A stretch of DNA of 60,113 bases, filler included, from Spirochaetales bacterium (lineage in GTDB: Bacteria > Spirochaetota > Spirochaetia > Treponematales > UBA12059), in NCBI GenBank assembly GCA_016928955.1. It is 2 parts of 2 records of this genome, joined end to end, with 100 filler letters (N's around TTAATTAATTAA, not from the genome) between each part and the next. Parts side by side here need not be neighbours in the genome. Positions count along the whole stretch, not along the records: positions 29,108 to 60,113 come from JAFGJV010000001.1; 1 more part is not named here. One strand, written 5' to 3'. The notes below the pieces were generated by a model, which was not told the origin of the DNA, searched no databases, and saw nothing but the letters and a program-made list of their open reading frames with translations. Each line of letters starts with the position of its first letter. Positions within the stretch are counted from its first letter, which is position 1. The translations under genes and the position numbers were made by a program. This document shows positions 46,306 through 55,617 of this stretch, in pieces.

Positions 46306-47739
46306 TCAGCCGCGGTAACAGAGGATCGGGCAGCGCGCGGCGGCCACTTCATCCAGCCTGCCCACGGGCGTATTGTGCGGAGCATCGTGCAGCAGGTCCG
46401 GTTCTGTCCTGGCCTCCGCGGCTATGCGCTCCAGGGCCTCGGCAAAGGCGTCCAGGGTCTCCTTGCTCTCGGTCTCCGTGGGCTCTATCATCATGGCCTC
46501 CGGGACGATGAGCGGGAAATAGATTGTGGGCGGATGGAAGCCGTAGTCGATCAGCCGCTTGGCTATGTCCAAGGTACGGATGCCCTCGGCCACGTCGCCC
46601 ATGGCCACGAACTCGTGCATGCAGCGCCTGGGGTATTTGACCTTGTAGGTCTTCTCCACGCGGTGCTTGAGGTAGTTGGCGTTGAGCACGGCGTTCTCAG
46701 CCATGCGCCTCATGCCGTCCGCTCCCATCATGCGCACGTACGCGTACGCTCGCACGAGCACGCCAAAGTTGCCGTAGAAACTCTTGAGCCGGCCGATGCT
46801 TTTTGCCGGCATCTCGAACGCGTACGCGTCGCCCTTTTTGACGACCACCGGACCCGGCAGGAAAGGAGCGAGCACCGGGGCTGCGCCGACCATGCCCACG
46901 CCCGGTCCGCCGCCGCCGTGCGGCGTGGAAAAGGTCTTGTGCAAGTTGTAGTGCATCACGTCGACGCCGAGCTCCACAGGCAGGACGATGCCGGCTATGG
47001 CGTTCATGTTGGCGCCGTCGCCGTATACCAGGCCGCCGGCGTCATGCACGAGCTTGGCTATGGCTTCCATGTTGCGCTCAAAGAGGCCGAGCGTGCTGGG
47101 ATTGGTGATCATGATGCCGGCCACGGTGTCGTCGCAGGCGGCCCGCAGGGCGTCCATGTCCACGCCGCCCTCGGCGTCGCTGGGTATGGTCACAACGTCC
47201 AGGCCGGCCATGGCGCAGGTGGCGGGGTTGGTGCCGTGCGCCGAGTCGGGAATCAGCATCGTGCGGCGCTGGGGCTGGCCGCGGGACCTGTGGTACTCGC
47301 GTATCATCAGCACGCCGGCCAGCTCGCCATGGGCGCCTGCCGCGGGCTGGAGGCTTACAGCCGAGAAGCCCCCGGTGGCGGCCAGGCTATCCTGCAGCCT
47401 GTACATGAGCTCCAGGGCGCCCTGGTTGTGCGCGTCTCCGGCCAGGGGATGGGCGTTGCGCCAACCCGGGTGGAACGCGGCCTGCTCGTTGGCCTTGGGA
47501 TTGTACTTCATGGTGCACGAACCCAGGGGATAGTACTGGGTGTCTATGGCAAAGTTCTTCTGCGAAAGGCGCGTAAAATGCCTGACCACGGTCAACTCGT
47601 CCAGCTCGGGCAGGCTGAGCTCCGCCCTGAGCAGGTTCTTGGGCAAGGCGGTCTCGGGCACGTCGCAGGCGGGGAGCACGGTGCCCATGCGGCCGGGCCG
47701 GGACAGCTCGTAGGCTAGGGGTTCGGGCGTCAGGTTCAT
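46306..47739 (-). CDS. gcvPB: Glycine decarboxylase subunit 2
   Basis: YPLGSCTMKYNP, AHGTNPA and NLHKTFSTPHGGGGPG (PLP Lys). Confidence 0.95.
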   Translation of the reverse strand: MNLTPEPLAYELSRPGRMGTVLPACDVPETALPKNLLRAELSLPELDELTVVRHFTRLSQKNFAIDTQYYPLGSCTMKYNPKANEQAAFHPGWRNAHPLAGDAHNQGALELMYRLQDSLAATGGFSAVSLQPAAGAHGELAGVLMIREYHRSRGQPQRRTMLIPDSAHGTNPATCAMAGLDVVTIPSDAEGGVDMDALRAACDDTVAGIMITNPSTLGLFERNMEAIAKLVHDAGGLVYGDGANMNAIAGIVLPVELGVDVMHYNLHKTFSTPHGGGGPGVGMVGAAPVLAPFLPGPVVVKKGDAYAFEMPAKSIGRLKSFYGNFGVLVRAYAYVRMMGADGMRRMAENAVLNANYLKHRVEKTYKVKYPRRCMHEFVAMGDVAEGIRTLDIAKRLIDYGFHPPTIYFPLIVPEAMMIEPTETESKETLDAFAEALERIAAEARTEPDLLHDAPHNTPVGRLDEVAAARCPILCYRG

Positions 47740-49055
47740 CGGGTCACCTCCGCCAGCGACGAAGCCAGCAGGTCTATCTGGGCCTTGGTGTTCATTTCGG
47801 TCACGCACACCAGGAGCTCGTGCGTCCGTTGTGGGTAGTAGCGCGACAAGGGGAAACCAGGGACCACGCCTCGGGCGGCCAGCTTGTCTGCAATTTCAGC
47901 GGCCGGCCTGGGCGTCTTGACCACGAATTCCTTGAAGAATTCGCCTCCGGCCACCGCAAAGCCCGGCAGCTTGCCGAGCTGTCCGGCCGCGTAGTGCGCC
48001 TTGTGCCAGCACAGCTGGGCCACCTTCCGAAGGCCCGCCTTGCCCAGGGCTTCCAGGTAGATGGTCGTCTGCAGCATCACAAGGCCCTGGTTGGAGCAGA
48101 TATTGGACACGGCCTTCTCGCGGCGTATGTGCTGCTCGCGGGCCGACAGGGTAAGCACAAAGCCCCTGCGGCCTTCGTGGTCGGCGGCCTGGCCGACGAT
48201 GCGGCCGGGCATCTTGCGCACCAGTTTCTGGGTTGCTCCCATCATGCCCAGGAAGGGACCGCCATGGTTCATGGGATTGCCAAGGGCCTGGCCTTCAGCG
48301 GTCACCAGGTCCGCGCCCAGCTCACCAGGGCTCTTGAACAGGCCCAGCATGATGGGGTCGGCGTGCACCACGAACAAGGCGCCAACGGCGTGGGCCGCTT
48401 CAGCCGCCCCGGACAGGTCCGTTATGCGTCCCTCAAAGTCGGGATAGGCGGCTATCAGGCAGGCCACGTCGTCTGACAGGCCAGCGTCCCTGGGCGCGCC
48501 CTCGTACTCGGCCAGCTGGACGGGATGGGCCGACAGGTACAGCCTGAGCACGTCCTTGTATTCCGGGTGGAGGGCAGCCGGCACGAGCACTCGCGCTCGG
48601 GTCGGGTTGGCCGCCACGGCCATGAGGGCGGCCTCGGCCAGGGCGGTGGCCCCGTCGTAGTGCGACGCGTTCACGGTGTCCACGCCGAACAGGGCGGAGG
48701 CCATGGACTGGTATTCGAAAATGGCCTGGAGGGTGCCCTGCGACACTTCCGGCTGGTAGGGCGTGTACGCCGTCAGGAATTCGCCGCGGCCTGCCAGCGC
48801 AGGCACCAGGCTCGGTATGAAATGGTTGTACGCGCCGGCGCCCAGGAACCACGCGCTCCTGTCGGCGCCCAGGTTTTTAGACGCCAGGGCGTCCAGCTCG
48901 CGGAGAACCTCGAGCTCGGATAGCCCGGGGTCCAGCGCCAGTTTGGGATAGCGCTTGGACGCGGGGATGTCCGCAAAAAGCTCGTCCATGGACGCGACAC
49001 CTATGGCCGCCAGCATGGCGGAGCGGTCGGAGTCGCTGTTGGCTATAAAGGGCAC
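47736..49055 (-). CDS. gcvPA: Glycine decarboxylase subunit 1
   Basis: FLTAYTPYQPEVSQG, NASHYDGATA and REQHIRREKA.SNICSNQ. Confidence 0.95.
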   Translation of the reverse strand: MPFIANSDSDRSAMLAAIGVASMDELFADIPASKRYPKLALDPGLSELEVLRELDALASKNLGADRSAWFLGAGAYNHFIPSLVPALAGRGEFLTAYTPYQPEVSQGTLQAIFEYQSMASALFGVDTVNASHYDGATALAEAALMAVAANPTRARVLVPAALHPEYKDVLRLYLSAHPVQLAEYEGAPRDAGLSDDVACLIAAYPDFEGRITDLSGAAEAAHAVGALFVVHADPIMLGLFKSPGELGADLVTAEGQALGNPMNHGGPFLGMMGATQKLVRKMPGRIVGQAADHEGRRGFVLTLSAREQHIRREKAVSNICSNQGLVMLQTTIYLEALGKAGLRKVAQLCWHKAHYAAGQLGKLPGFAVAGGEFFKEFVVKTPRPAAEIADKLAARGVVPGFPLSRYYPQRTHELLVCVTEMNTKAQIDLLASSLAEVTR

Positions 49056-49058
49056 GAT

Positions 49059-49442
49059 TTACTCCTTGCCGGCCTCGGCCTCGTACGCCTCCGGTGAAAG
49101 CATGACGTCAAACTCGGAAGGATTGGCAGCCGTGTACTTGATCATCCAGCCGCCGGCATAGGGCTCGCGGTTGACCAGGGCGGGGTCGCCGGACAAAGCG
49201 TCGTTCACGGCCGTGATGGTGCCGGAAACGGGCATGTACAGGTCGCTCGCCGCCTTGACGGATTCGACCACGCCAAAGGCCTCTCCCTTCTTGATGGTCT
49301 TGCCCACGGCGGGCAGCTCCACAAAGACGATGTCGCCCAGGGAATGCTGGGCATGGTCCGATATGCCGGTCACAAAGTCCGAGCCTTCCTTGCGCGCCCA
49401 TTCGTGGCTGGCCGCGTAGCGGGCGTTCTTGTCGATATCCAT
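49059..49442 (-). CDS. gcvH: Glycine cleavage H protein
   Basis: HEW, LGDIVFVELP and VESVKAASD (lipoyl Lys); AAGGAGG SD. Confidence 0.95.
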   Translation of the reverse strand: MDIDKNARYAASHEWARKEGSDFVTGISDHAQHSLGDIVFVELPAVGKTIKKGEAFGVVESVKAASDLYMPVSGTITAVNDALSGDPALVNREPYAGGWMIKYTAANPSEFDVMLSPEAYEAEAGKE

Positions 49443-49656
49443 GGTGTCCTCCTTGCGTAGTCCGTATCGTTTCCGCGGTGCCCCGTCCCGGGGCTCGGTC
49501 CGCGCTCTCTCCATTCGTCGCCCTCAGGGCCGCCCATACAAGCTCCGCCTATTCAGCCTCAACCGCGGCCAGGCGCCACCAGCTTGCTGAAAAAACATCG
49601 CGTTTTTCCAGCAATTCGCCAAGAAGCACGGGGTTCTTGGCGCCTGTACCGGGAAC

Positions 49657-50751
49657 CTAGCGGCGGTAGGCCGGCACGTACAGCGGCCGCTTTATCGTCT
49701 TGGCGTCCGCCGGCTTGCCCCGGATGACAATCTTGACATCCAGGCCGCTTTTCCCAAAGGCCGGGTCCACCAGCGCGTTGGCGGCGAATTTCTTGACCGT
49801 TGGGCAGAACATGCCGGCCACCACCACGCCGATTTTGGCGCCTTCTGGCGACTGCACCTCGTAGCCCTCGCGGGGGACGCCGCCCTGCACCTCTATGCCC
49901 ACCAGCTTGCGCTTGACGCCGTCAGCCGCCAGCTGTTCCAGGGCCGCCTTGCCCACAAAGTCCTTTTCAAAGTCGCAAGCCCACTTGAAGCCCGACTCAA
50001 GGGGGTAGATGTCCTGGCTGATCTCGTGCCCGTGGAGCGGCATGCCCGCCTCGAACCGGAGGCTGTCCCGGGCGGCCAGGCCAATGGCCTTGGTCTCTAT
50101 GCCGCGACGCTCGCCCTCGGCCAGGAGGCCTGTCCACAGTTTTTCCGCGTCGTCCGCCGGAAAGAACAGCTCAACGCCGTCCTCGCCGGTGTACCCGGTG
50201 CGGCCGACCAGGCAGGACACGCCGAGCACGGACGCGTTGCCCGATGTAAAGCGGGGAAAGTCGGATATCGAGCGGTCGGATACCATATCCAGAAGCTCGA
50301 TGGCCCGGGGGCCCTGGACGGCTATCATGTAGGTTTCGTCGGAGCGATCGTCAACGGACACGTCCGACGGCTTGTGGGCGTTGAACCAGGCCAGGTCCTC
50401 GGCCCGGTTGGACGCGTTGACCACGATCCACCAGGCGCCTGGCAGGCGGTAAATGAAGAGGTCGTCTATTACCGTGCCGCGGTCGTTCAAGAGCAGGGAA
50501 TAGCGGGCGTCCCAGTCCTTCATGTCGTCGATCTTGGCGCTGACCATGCGCGACACAAAGGCGTCGGCTCCGGACCCCTTGATCTCAAACTGGCCCATGT
50601 GGTCGATATCGAACAAGCCGACGGAGCGGCGGGTGACCAGGTGTTCCTCAACCGCACCGAGGGGATAGGTAATGGGCATATCGTAGCCGGCAAACGGCGC
50701 CATGCGGGCGCCGGCATCCACATGCCACTGGTGCAAACGGGTCGTATTCAA
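49657..50751 (-). CDS. gcvT: Glycine cleavage T protein (aminomethyltransferase)
   Basis: FDIDHMG, QGP, RTGYTGEDG and ARDSLRFEAG; TTG start with AAGGAGG SD. Confidence 0.95.
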   Translation of the reverse strand: MNTTRLHQWHVDAGARMAPFAGYDMPITYPLGAVEEHLVTRRSVGLFDIDHMGQFEIKGSGADAFVSRMVSAKIDDMKDWDARYSLLLNDRGTVIDDLFIYRLPGAWWIVVNASNRAEDLAWFNAHKPSDVSVDDRSDETYMIAVQGPRAIELLDMVSDRSISDFPRFTSGNASVLGVSCLVGRTGYTGEDGVELFFPADDAEKLWTGLLAEGERRGIETKAIGLAARDSLRFEAGMPLHGHEISQDIYPLESGFKWACDFEKDFVGKAALEQLAADGVKRKLVGIEVQGGVPREGYEVQSPEGAKIGVVVAGMFCPTVKKFAANALVDPAFGKSGLDVKIVIRGKPADAKTIKRPLYVPAYRR

Positions 50752-50853
50752 GGCGGGATCCTCCTTTTAGTACCCGGGAACTACCAGGGCGGGACCGCCA
50801 AGGCAGGCCGGACGCGCGACAGCTAGGCCGGATTCACGGGCGTACACCCGCCA

Positions 50854-50932
50854 TGAAACGGCCGTTCAACGTCTGGATTGTATCCATTCCCGTGCCGATG
50901 GGCAAGCAGACGAAATTGAAACGGCGTTTCAA
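50854..50932 (-). promoter_or_regulatory. gcv promoter flanked by two palindromic operators
   Basis: TTGCCC(50905-50900)-17-TACAAT(50882-50877); TTGAAACGGCGTTTCAA at 50916-50932 and TGAAACGGCCGTTCA at 50854-50868. Confidence 0.72.
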
Positions 50933-50956
50933 CTATAGAAAAGCAACCATGCACGT

Positions 50957-51376
50957 CTACTCGCCCTGGTCCGGCCTGGTCCTGCCTTTTTTTACTCCCG
51001 CCCGGTTCTTTTTGGCTGTCAGGCGACGCTCCCTGGCGGCAGCCGAAGGTTTTGTCGGCACGCGGTGCTTGGGCACCTTGGCCGCCTTGGCTATCAGCTC
51101 GACCAGGCGCTCAAGGGCCGCCTTCTCGTTGGCCGCCCTGCTCCGCTCGCGGTCTACCGCTGCGTATACCCGTCCATCCGCGTCCAGGCGGCCGGCCAGC
51201 CTGCTCCGAGCCCGGTCCCGTTCCGCCTGGGACAGGCCGTCCACCTGTTCCAGATCCACGCGGGCGCGGACCTTGGTCTCCACCTTGTTGACGTTCTGCC
51301 CGCCCGGGCCGCCGGACCGCGCATACTCGAATTCCGCACGAGCGACGATGGATGCCCGCAGTTCGTCCGGACGCAT
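50957..51376 (-). CDS. arfB: Alternative ribosome rescue peptidyl-tRNA hydrolase
   Basis: RSGGPGGQNVNKV GGQ motif and basic C-terminal tail PTKPS..RERRL..KK. Confidence 0.92.
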   Translation of the reverse strand: MRPDELRASIVARAEFEYARSGGPGGQNVNKVETKVRARVDLEQVDGLSQAERDRARSRLAGRLDADGRVYAAVDRERSRAANEKAALERLVELIAKAAKVPKHRVPTKPSAAARERRLTAKKNRAGVKKGRTRPDQGE

Positions 51377-51377
51377 G

Positions 51378-52193
51378 TCAGAAGGAAGCCCGGGACAACG
51401 GCTTCCCTATATACACGCCCTCCCCGCCCAGGTATTCGCGCTTGTTGCCCTCTATGAGGAACTGCACGTCCTTGACGGTGGGGAAACTGGTGGCCGTGTA
51501 CACGATCTGTTTGAGCTGGGCGGCGTAGCCCTCGGCCCCGTAGCGGTTGATCATGAAAGCTTCGTTGAAGTTGAGGTAGGCCGTTGAGCCGACCACCTGG
51601 GCGGAAAGGAGGCGCGTACCGTCCGGAATCATGCTGATCAGGCTCCTGGACAGGTCATCTGCGGTTGGCCCCTGTATAAGCGCGTTCAGGGCGGAGGTCA
51701 GGGGCGTGTTGTTGGCCTCCACGGTCCGCTTGACCTCCTGCCTGGTAACCGTGCCGTCCTCGTCCACGCGCACAAAGTACAGCGCCACCACGCTGGTTCC
51801 CTTGACCAGATCGACAGGGCTGGCCTGGGGAGTATCCGGAACTGAAGGCGTGTCGTCCGCCGGAGGACTCTGGTCCTGGGATTCGGGCTGTACGGGCTCG
51901 GCGTCTGGCTCCTGGCCGTCAGGCTCTATGGTGATGGTCTCCTGGCCCTGGTCATCTGGTATGGGCGGCAGGTCCTGGGCCGGCGGCGGAGCGTCATCAG
52001 AGCCCCGGTCTGTGCCGGATATGGCATCCCCAAAACGGGTAGTCTTGAGGGTTTCCTGGATGCGGTCCCAGTTCAGGACAAAGAGCAGGAGGGTGGCCAG
52101 CAGGAGAATGAGCCAGATCAGGCAGCCCGATCCGGATCCCTTCTTGCGCGATGACGACTTTCTGGACGACGACGTACGAGCCATGATGGCCAC
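51378..52193 (-). CDS. GerMN domain membrane protein
   Basis: Basic N-terminus, single TM, Pro/Asp linker, L.S.IP.GTRLL and QIVYTAT.F..V..VQFLIEG (start may be ATG 52184). Confidence 0.82.
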   Translation of the reverse strand: MAIMARTSSSRKSSSRKKGSGSGCLIWLILLLATLLLFVLNWDRIQETLKTTRFGDAISGTDRGSDDAPPPAQDLPPIPDDQGQETITIEPDGQEPDAEPVQPESQDQSPPADDTPSVPDTPQASPVDLVKGTSVVALYFVRVDEDGTVTRQEVKRTVEANNTPLTSALNALIQGPTADDLSRSLISMIPDGTRLLSAQVVGSTAYLNFNEAFMINRYGAEGYAAQLKQIVYTATSFPTVKDVQFLIEGNKREYLGGEGVYIGKPLSRASF

Positions 52194-52218
52194 ATACTAG
52201 CTCCGGGCCGCCTGACGG

Positions 52219-53334
52219 TCAATGCGCGGCGCCGTCCTGTCCGAGCTCGGCCAGCTGGTCCGAGGCCAACTGGTCGCCCGGCTCGAACTCAAGCACCGTC
52301 CTGAAGAAACCCGCGGCCTCGTCCAGGCGGCCCTGGCGCCTGGCAACCACGCCGAGGTTGCTGATGATCTTCACGTTATCCGGCTCCTTGCGGAGCGCCC
52401 GCTCCAGGCGCTGGCGGCTCTGGTCCATAAGCCCGAGCTCCATCTCGCATATGGCCAGCTCGTTCAGGATGTCCACCTCGTCGGCCCCCAGCTCCATCGC
52501 CCGTATGAAAGCGTCCCGTGCGTCCGCCCAGCGTTCCAGCCTGCGCCTGCCCCAGCCCACCAGGAACCATCCGTTCCACACACCTGGCTGGGCCTGGGTG
52601 AACTCAAGGGCCTTGGCTATGCCCCGCTCCTCGTCGCCCATGCGTATGTAGTCATAGGCCTCCTTGAACAGGGCGTCGGCCCCGCTCCTGGTGGCCAGGC
52701 GCGCCGCTATCTCCCTGGCCTTGGCGGTTTTGTCCTCGTCCTGGCCGAGGGTGCAGTAGAACTCGAAAATTTCCCTGGCCTTGTCATAGTTGCGGGATTT
52801 CAGATGGAAGTAGCCCGCGTTCAGCCAGCCCTCCGGAAAGGGCGGATCCATGGCCAGTATGCCCTTGTAGCAGCCAAAGGCCCGCTCCCGTTCCTCGTCG
52901 GCGTCCTCGGGTTTTCCCGTGCGCTCCAGGGCGTCGGCCATGTCCTCATAGAGGACCGCGAGGTTCAGCAAGGGCTCCGGCGCTTCCGGGTATAGGCCGC
53001 GCAGGGCAAGGAAAATCTCCTCGGCCAGCTCATGGTCGCCGTTGCGGGCCTTCAGGATACCGGTCTGCGACAGCTCTCCGGCGATATCCGGTTTGACTGC
53101 CAGGACAAAGTCCCGGTAGTAGGCGGCGTGCACGTGGTCCGGCTGGTAGGCCAGAACCCGTAGCATGCCGGACACGATCATTTCCCATCCGAGGCTGGAC
53201 AGGTCCCCGGCCGCCGACAGTTCCACGGGCATGGGGATGGACGGGTCAACGGTGAAACCGCTAAAGCTGGTTGCCAGCTGGGGCGGAACGCTGATGAAGG
53301 AAACACTGTCCGGAAGGGAGTGTCGCGCGCTCAT
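52219..53334 (-). CDS. Tetratricopeptide repeat protein
   Basis: Multiple TPR-like helical repeats (WLNAGY, WFLVGW, ILNELAI, ISNLGV). Confidence 0.8.
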   Translation of the reverse strand: MSARHSLPDSVSFISVPPQLATSFSGFTVDPSIPMPVELSAAGDLSSLGWEMIVSGMLRVLAYQPDHVHAAYYRDFVLAVKPDIAGELSQTGILKARNGDHELAEEIFLALRGLYPEAPEPLLNLAVLYEDMADALERTGKPEDADEERERAFGCYKGILAMDPPFPEGWLNAGYFHLKSRNYDKAREIFEFYCTLGQDEDKTAKAREIAARLATRSGADALFKEAYDYIRMGDEERGIAKALEFTQAQPGVWNGWFLVGWGRRRLERWADARDAFIRAMELGADEVDILNELAICEMELGLMDQSRQRLERALRKEPDNVKIISNLGVVARRQGRLDEAAGFFRTVLEFEPGDQLASDQLAELGQDGAAH

Positions 53335-53390
53335 GGGTGGTCTCCTGGGTGGGTACTCGAATACGGGCGGACGTGCGGCTCCGCCATGGT

Positions 53391-54296
53391 TCAGGCCTGG
53401 CCGGTACCGTTTCCCGGCCGCGGAGCGGGCGTTGCCTCCGCCTGGGCACTTGGCGCCTTCTGGACGGCTGGCTGGGCATCAGCGTCGTCCTGAGGCCTGC
53501 GGATCTGGCCCAAATAGTCGTTCATGTGCATCTTGTAGGACATGGGCACCTTGGTATCGTCAAAGCGTATGCCGATGGCTGCCAGGTCCTTGCGACCCTC
53601 GACATCCTCAAAACGTTTCACGATGCCCGGCAGTTCTACCGTCTCCCGGGGTTCTTCCATGTCAATGCGGAGCGTACACGCTTTGCCCACCAGGTATTTG
53701 GCCAGGCCGACAATGATGATCTTTGCCCCGCTGAACGACACGTCCCTGAGGATACAGCGCCGGGGGACCCCCTGGATAACCACGGTGGCCTCTTTGCGCG
53801 CCAGACCTATTTTCCTGACCACGTCCGGCGTAAGGACGACACGCTCCTCGCTGCGGCGCTTTGAGTTCACGTTGGCCTCGAGCATGCGGCCCATGATCTC
53901 CACGTAGTCGTCGGGCGGGCGCTGGGTGAACTGCACGTTCATGAACTGGAGCGTGCCGTTGGACTGGACGTAGGGCGCAAAGCCGGCCGCTCGCGCCGAC
54001 ACAAAAAAACTCACCGGATCGGCCTTTTCCGACACGCGGAAGGAAAAGCGCAGGCTGACTAAGCCGTTGGCCTTCTTTACCCGCTCGATGATGGTCTGCT
54101 TGGCGGCGACCAGCACCTTGGCCCCGTCAAAGGAGCTGGAATAGACCACGCACGGCCATTGTTCGCCTATGCATTTGATGTAGACATTCTGCGTCAGGAG
54201 TCCCGTGGCCCTGACGACCTCCTTGGTGAAGGTGACATCTATGGTACGGAATGTCTCGTAATATTTAGCTATCTGTTGGCTGGTGGCAATGGACAT
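53391..54296 (-). CDS. plzA: PilZ-domain c-di-GMP receptor with N-terminal extension (spirochaete PlzA-like)
   Basis: RRSEER (RxxxR) and DVSFSG (DxSxxG) motifs preceded by an N-terminal PilZ-like domain. Confidence 0.75.
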   Translation of the reverse strand: MSIATSQQIAKYYETFRTIDVTFTKEVVRATGLLTQNVYIKCIGEQWPCVVYSSSFDGAKVLVAAKQTIIERVKKANGLVSLRFSFRVSEKADPVSFFVSARAAGFAPYVQSNGTLQFMNVQFTQRPPDDYVEIMGRMLEANVNSKRRSEERVVLTPDVVRKIGLARKEATVVIQGVPRRCILRDVSFSGAKIIIVGLAKYLVGKACTLRIDMEEPRETVELPGIVKRFEDVEGRKDLAAIGIRFDDTKVPMSYKMHMNDYLGQIRRPQDDADAQPAVQKAPSAQAEATPAPRPGNGTGQA

Positions 54297-54507
54297 ACGC
54301 TAAATCGCATAATATGCTATACATGCCACCCAGGTCAATGAACGGCGGGACAAAACTCCCCGCGTCCAACGGGCCATCCGGATCCAGGCGGGACCCGGAC
54401 GCCACAAGAGCCGCGCGCGCGGCTTTTCGGCACTTTCTCTGCCGGGCATCACAGCTTTGAGGCACGGGAAGCCGCCCGATGGCTCCCCGATGTGCCGGAG
54501 GAAGGCC

Positions 54508-55503
54508 ATGTACTCAGTATTCGTGATAGAAAATCCCCTGATGGATTACATCATGCACGAGGAACATGGCTTTTTGGACGCTTTCGGCGCCAGACCAGGC
54601 ACCATGCAGCTGGTCGAGCACGAGGTTTTCATGGCCATCCTGAGGGCGTCCAGGGGCTACGAGGTGGTACCCGGAGGCTCCGGTGCCAATACGGCCAGGG
54701 GCCTTGCCCTGCTGATCGGCGCGGAAAGCCCCATAGACATGCCGTGCTACTCCGGCGCCATAGGAAGCGATCCACCGGGCCAGGAATTCAGGCTGCTTAT
54801 GAACCGCATGGGCATAGAGACGTCTCTGGCCCAGAAGCCAGCCCCCACGGGCGTGTCGGCCATCGTCGTTACCCCTGACCACGAACGGACCATGTTCACC
54901 AACCTGGGCGCCTGCAGGGACTATGCGCCGGACGACGTTGACCTGGATCTCATGGCCAAGAGCGCCTGTTTCTATACCACCGGGTACCTTTGGGACACGG
55001 AGGCGCAGCAGCAGGCCCTGTTCACGGCAGTGGATGAAGCCAGGCGCGCCGGAAAACCCGTCTATTTTGACCTGGCCGATCCCTTTGTGGTGGACCATCA
55101 TCACGCAGGGCTCAGGGCATGGCTTCCCGGCAGGGTCGACACCCTGTTCGGCAACCGCCAGGAACTGGAACGCCTGACCGAATGCTCGGGCTCGGACAAC
55201 CAGATACTGAGGGCAGCCACCCGTTTCGCGCCCACCGTGGTCATGAAAATCGGGCGCGGCGGCTGTCTGGCCCTGTCCAGGGGCAAACTGGTCCACGTGA
55301 AGGCTGAATCGGTCGTTCCGGTGGACACCACGGGCGCTGGCGACTCGTTTGCCGCGGCCTACCTGTACGGGAACCTGGCCGGATGCGGCCTCAAGGAGTC
55401 CCTCACGCTGGGCAACCGCATGGCCGCCCGCATCGTCGCCGTTGACGGTTGCCGCTACGACTGCGTGGACCGGGAGGATGTCCTGTCCGCCCTCAAGCCC
55501 TGA
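54508..55503 (+). CDS. PfkB family kinase (adenosine kinase-like)
   Basis: PGGSGANT, ERTMFT.LGA and VDTTGAGDSF. Confidence 0.88.
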   Translation: MYSVFVIENPLMDYIMHEEHGFLDAFGARPGTMQLVEHEVFMAILRASRGYEVVPGGSGANTARGLALLIGAESPIDMPCYSGAIGSDPPGQEFRLLMNRMGIETSLAQKPAPTGVSAIVVTPDHERTMFTNLGACRDYAPDDVDLDLMAKSACFYTTGYLWDTEAQQQALFTAVDEARRAGKPVYFDLADPFVVDHHHAGLRAWLPGRVDTLFGNRQELERLTECSGSDNQILRAATRFAPTVVMKIGRGGCLALSRGKLVHVKAESVVPVDTTGAGDSFAAAYLYGNLAGCGLKESLTLGNRMAARIVAVDGCRYDCVDREDVLSALKP

Positions 55504-55617
55504 CCAGCCCTGCCGGAGCTGCCTGCCGGCGTCATTGACAAAACCCATCTGCAGACCTATGTTTGCGGCACGCCGCGCCGTGTGGGCGCGGCCATCATGC
55601 CCGCAGAGGTAGGTGCG

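Noticed and set aside
50752..50870. Glycine riboswitch upstream of gcvT
   Set aside because: No GGAGA / CGCCGAAG / CUCUCAGG aptamer motifs in the leader
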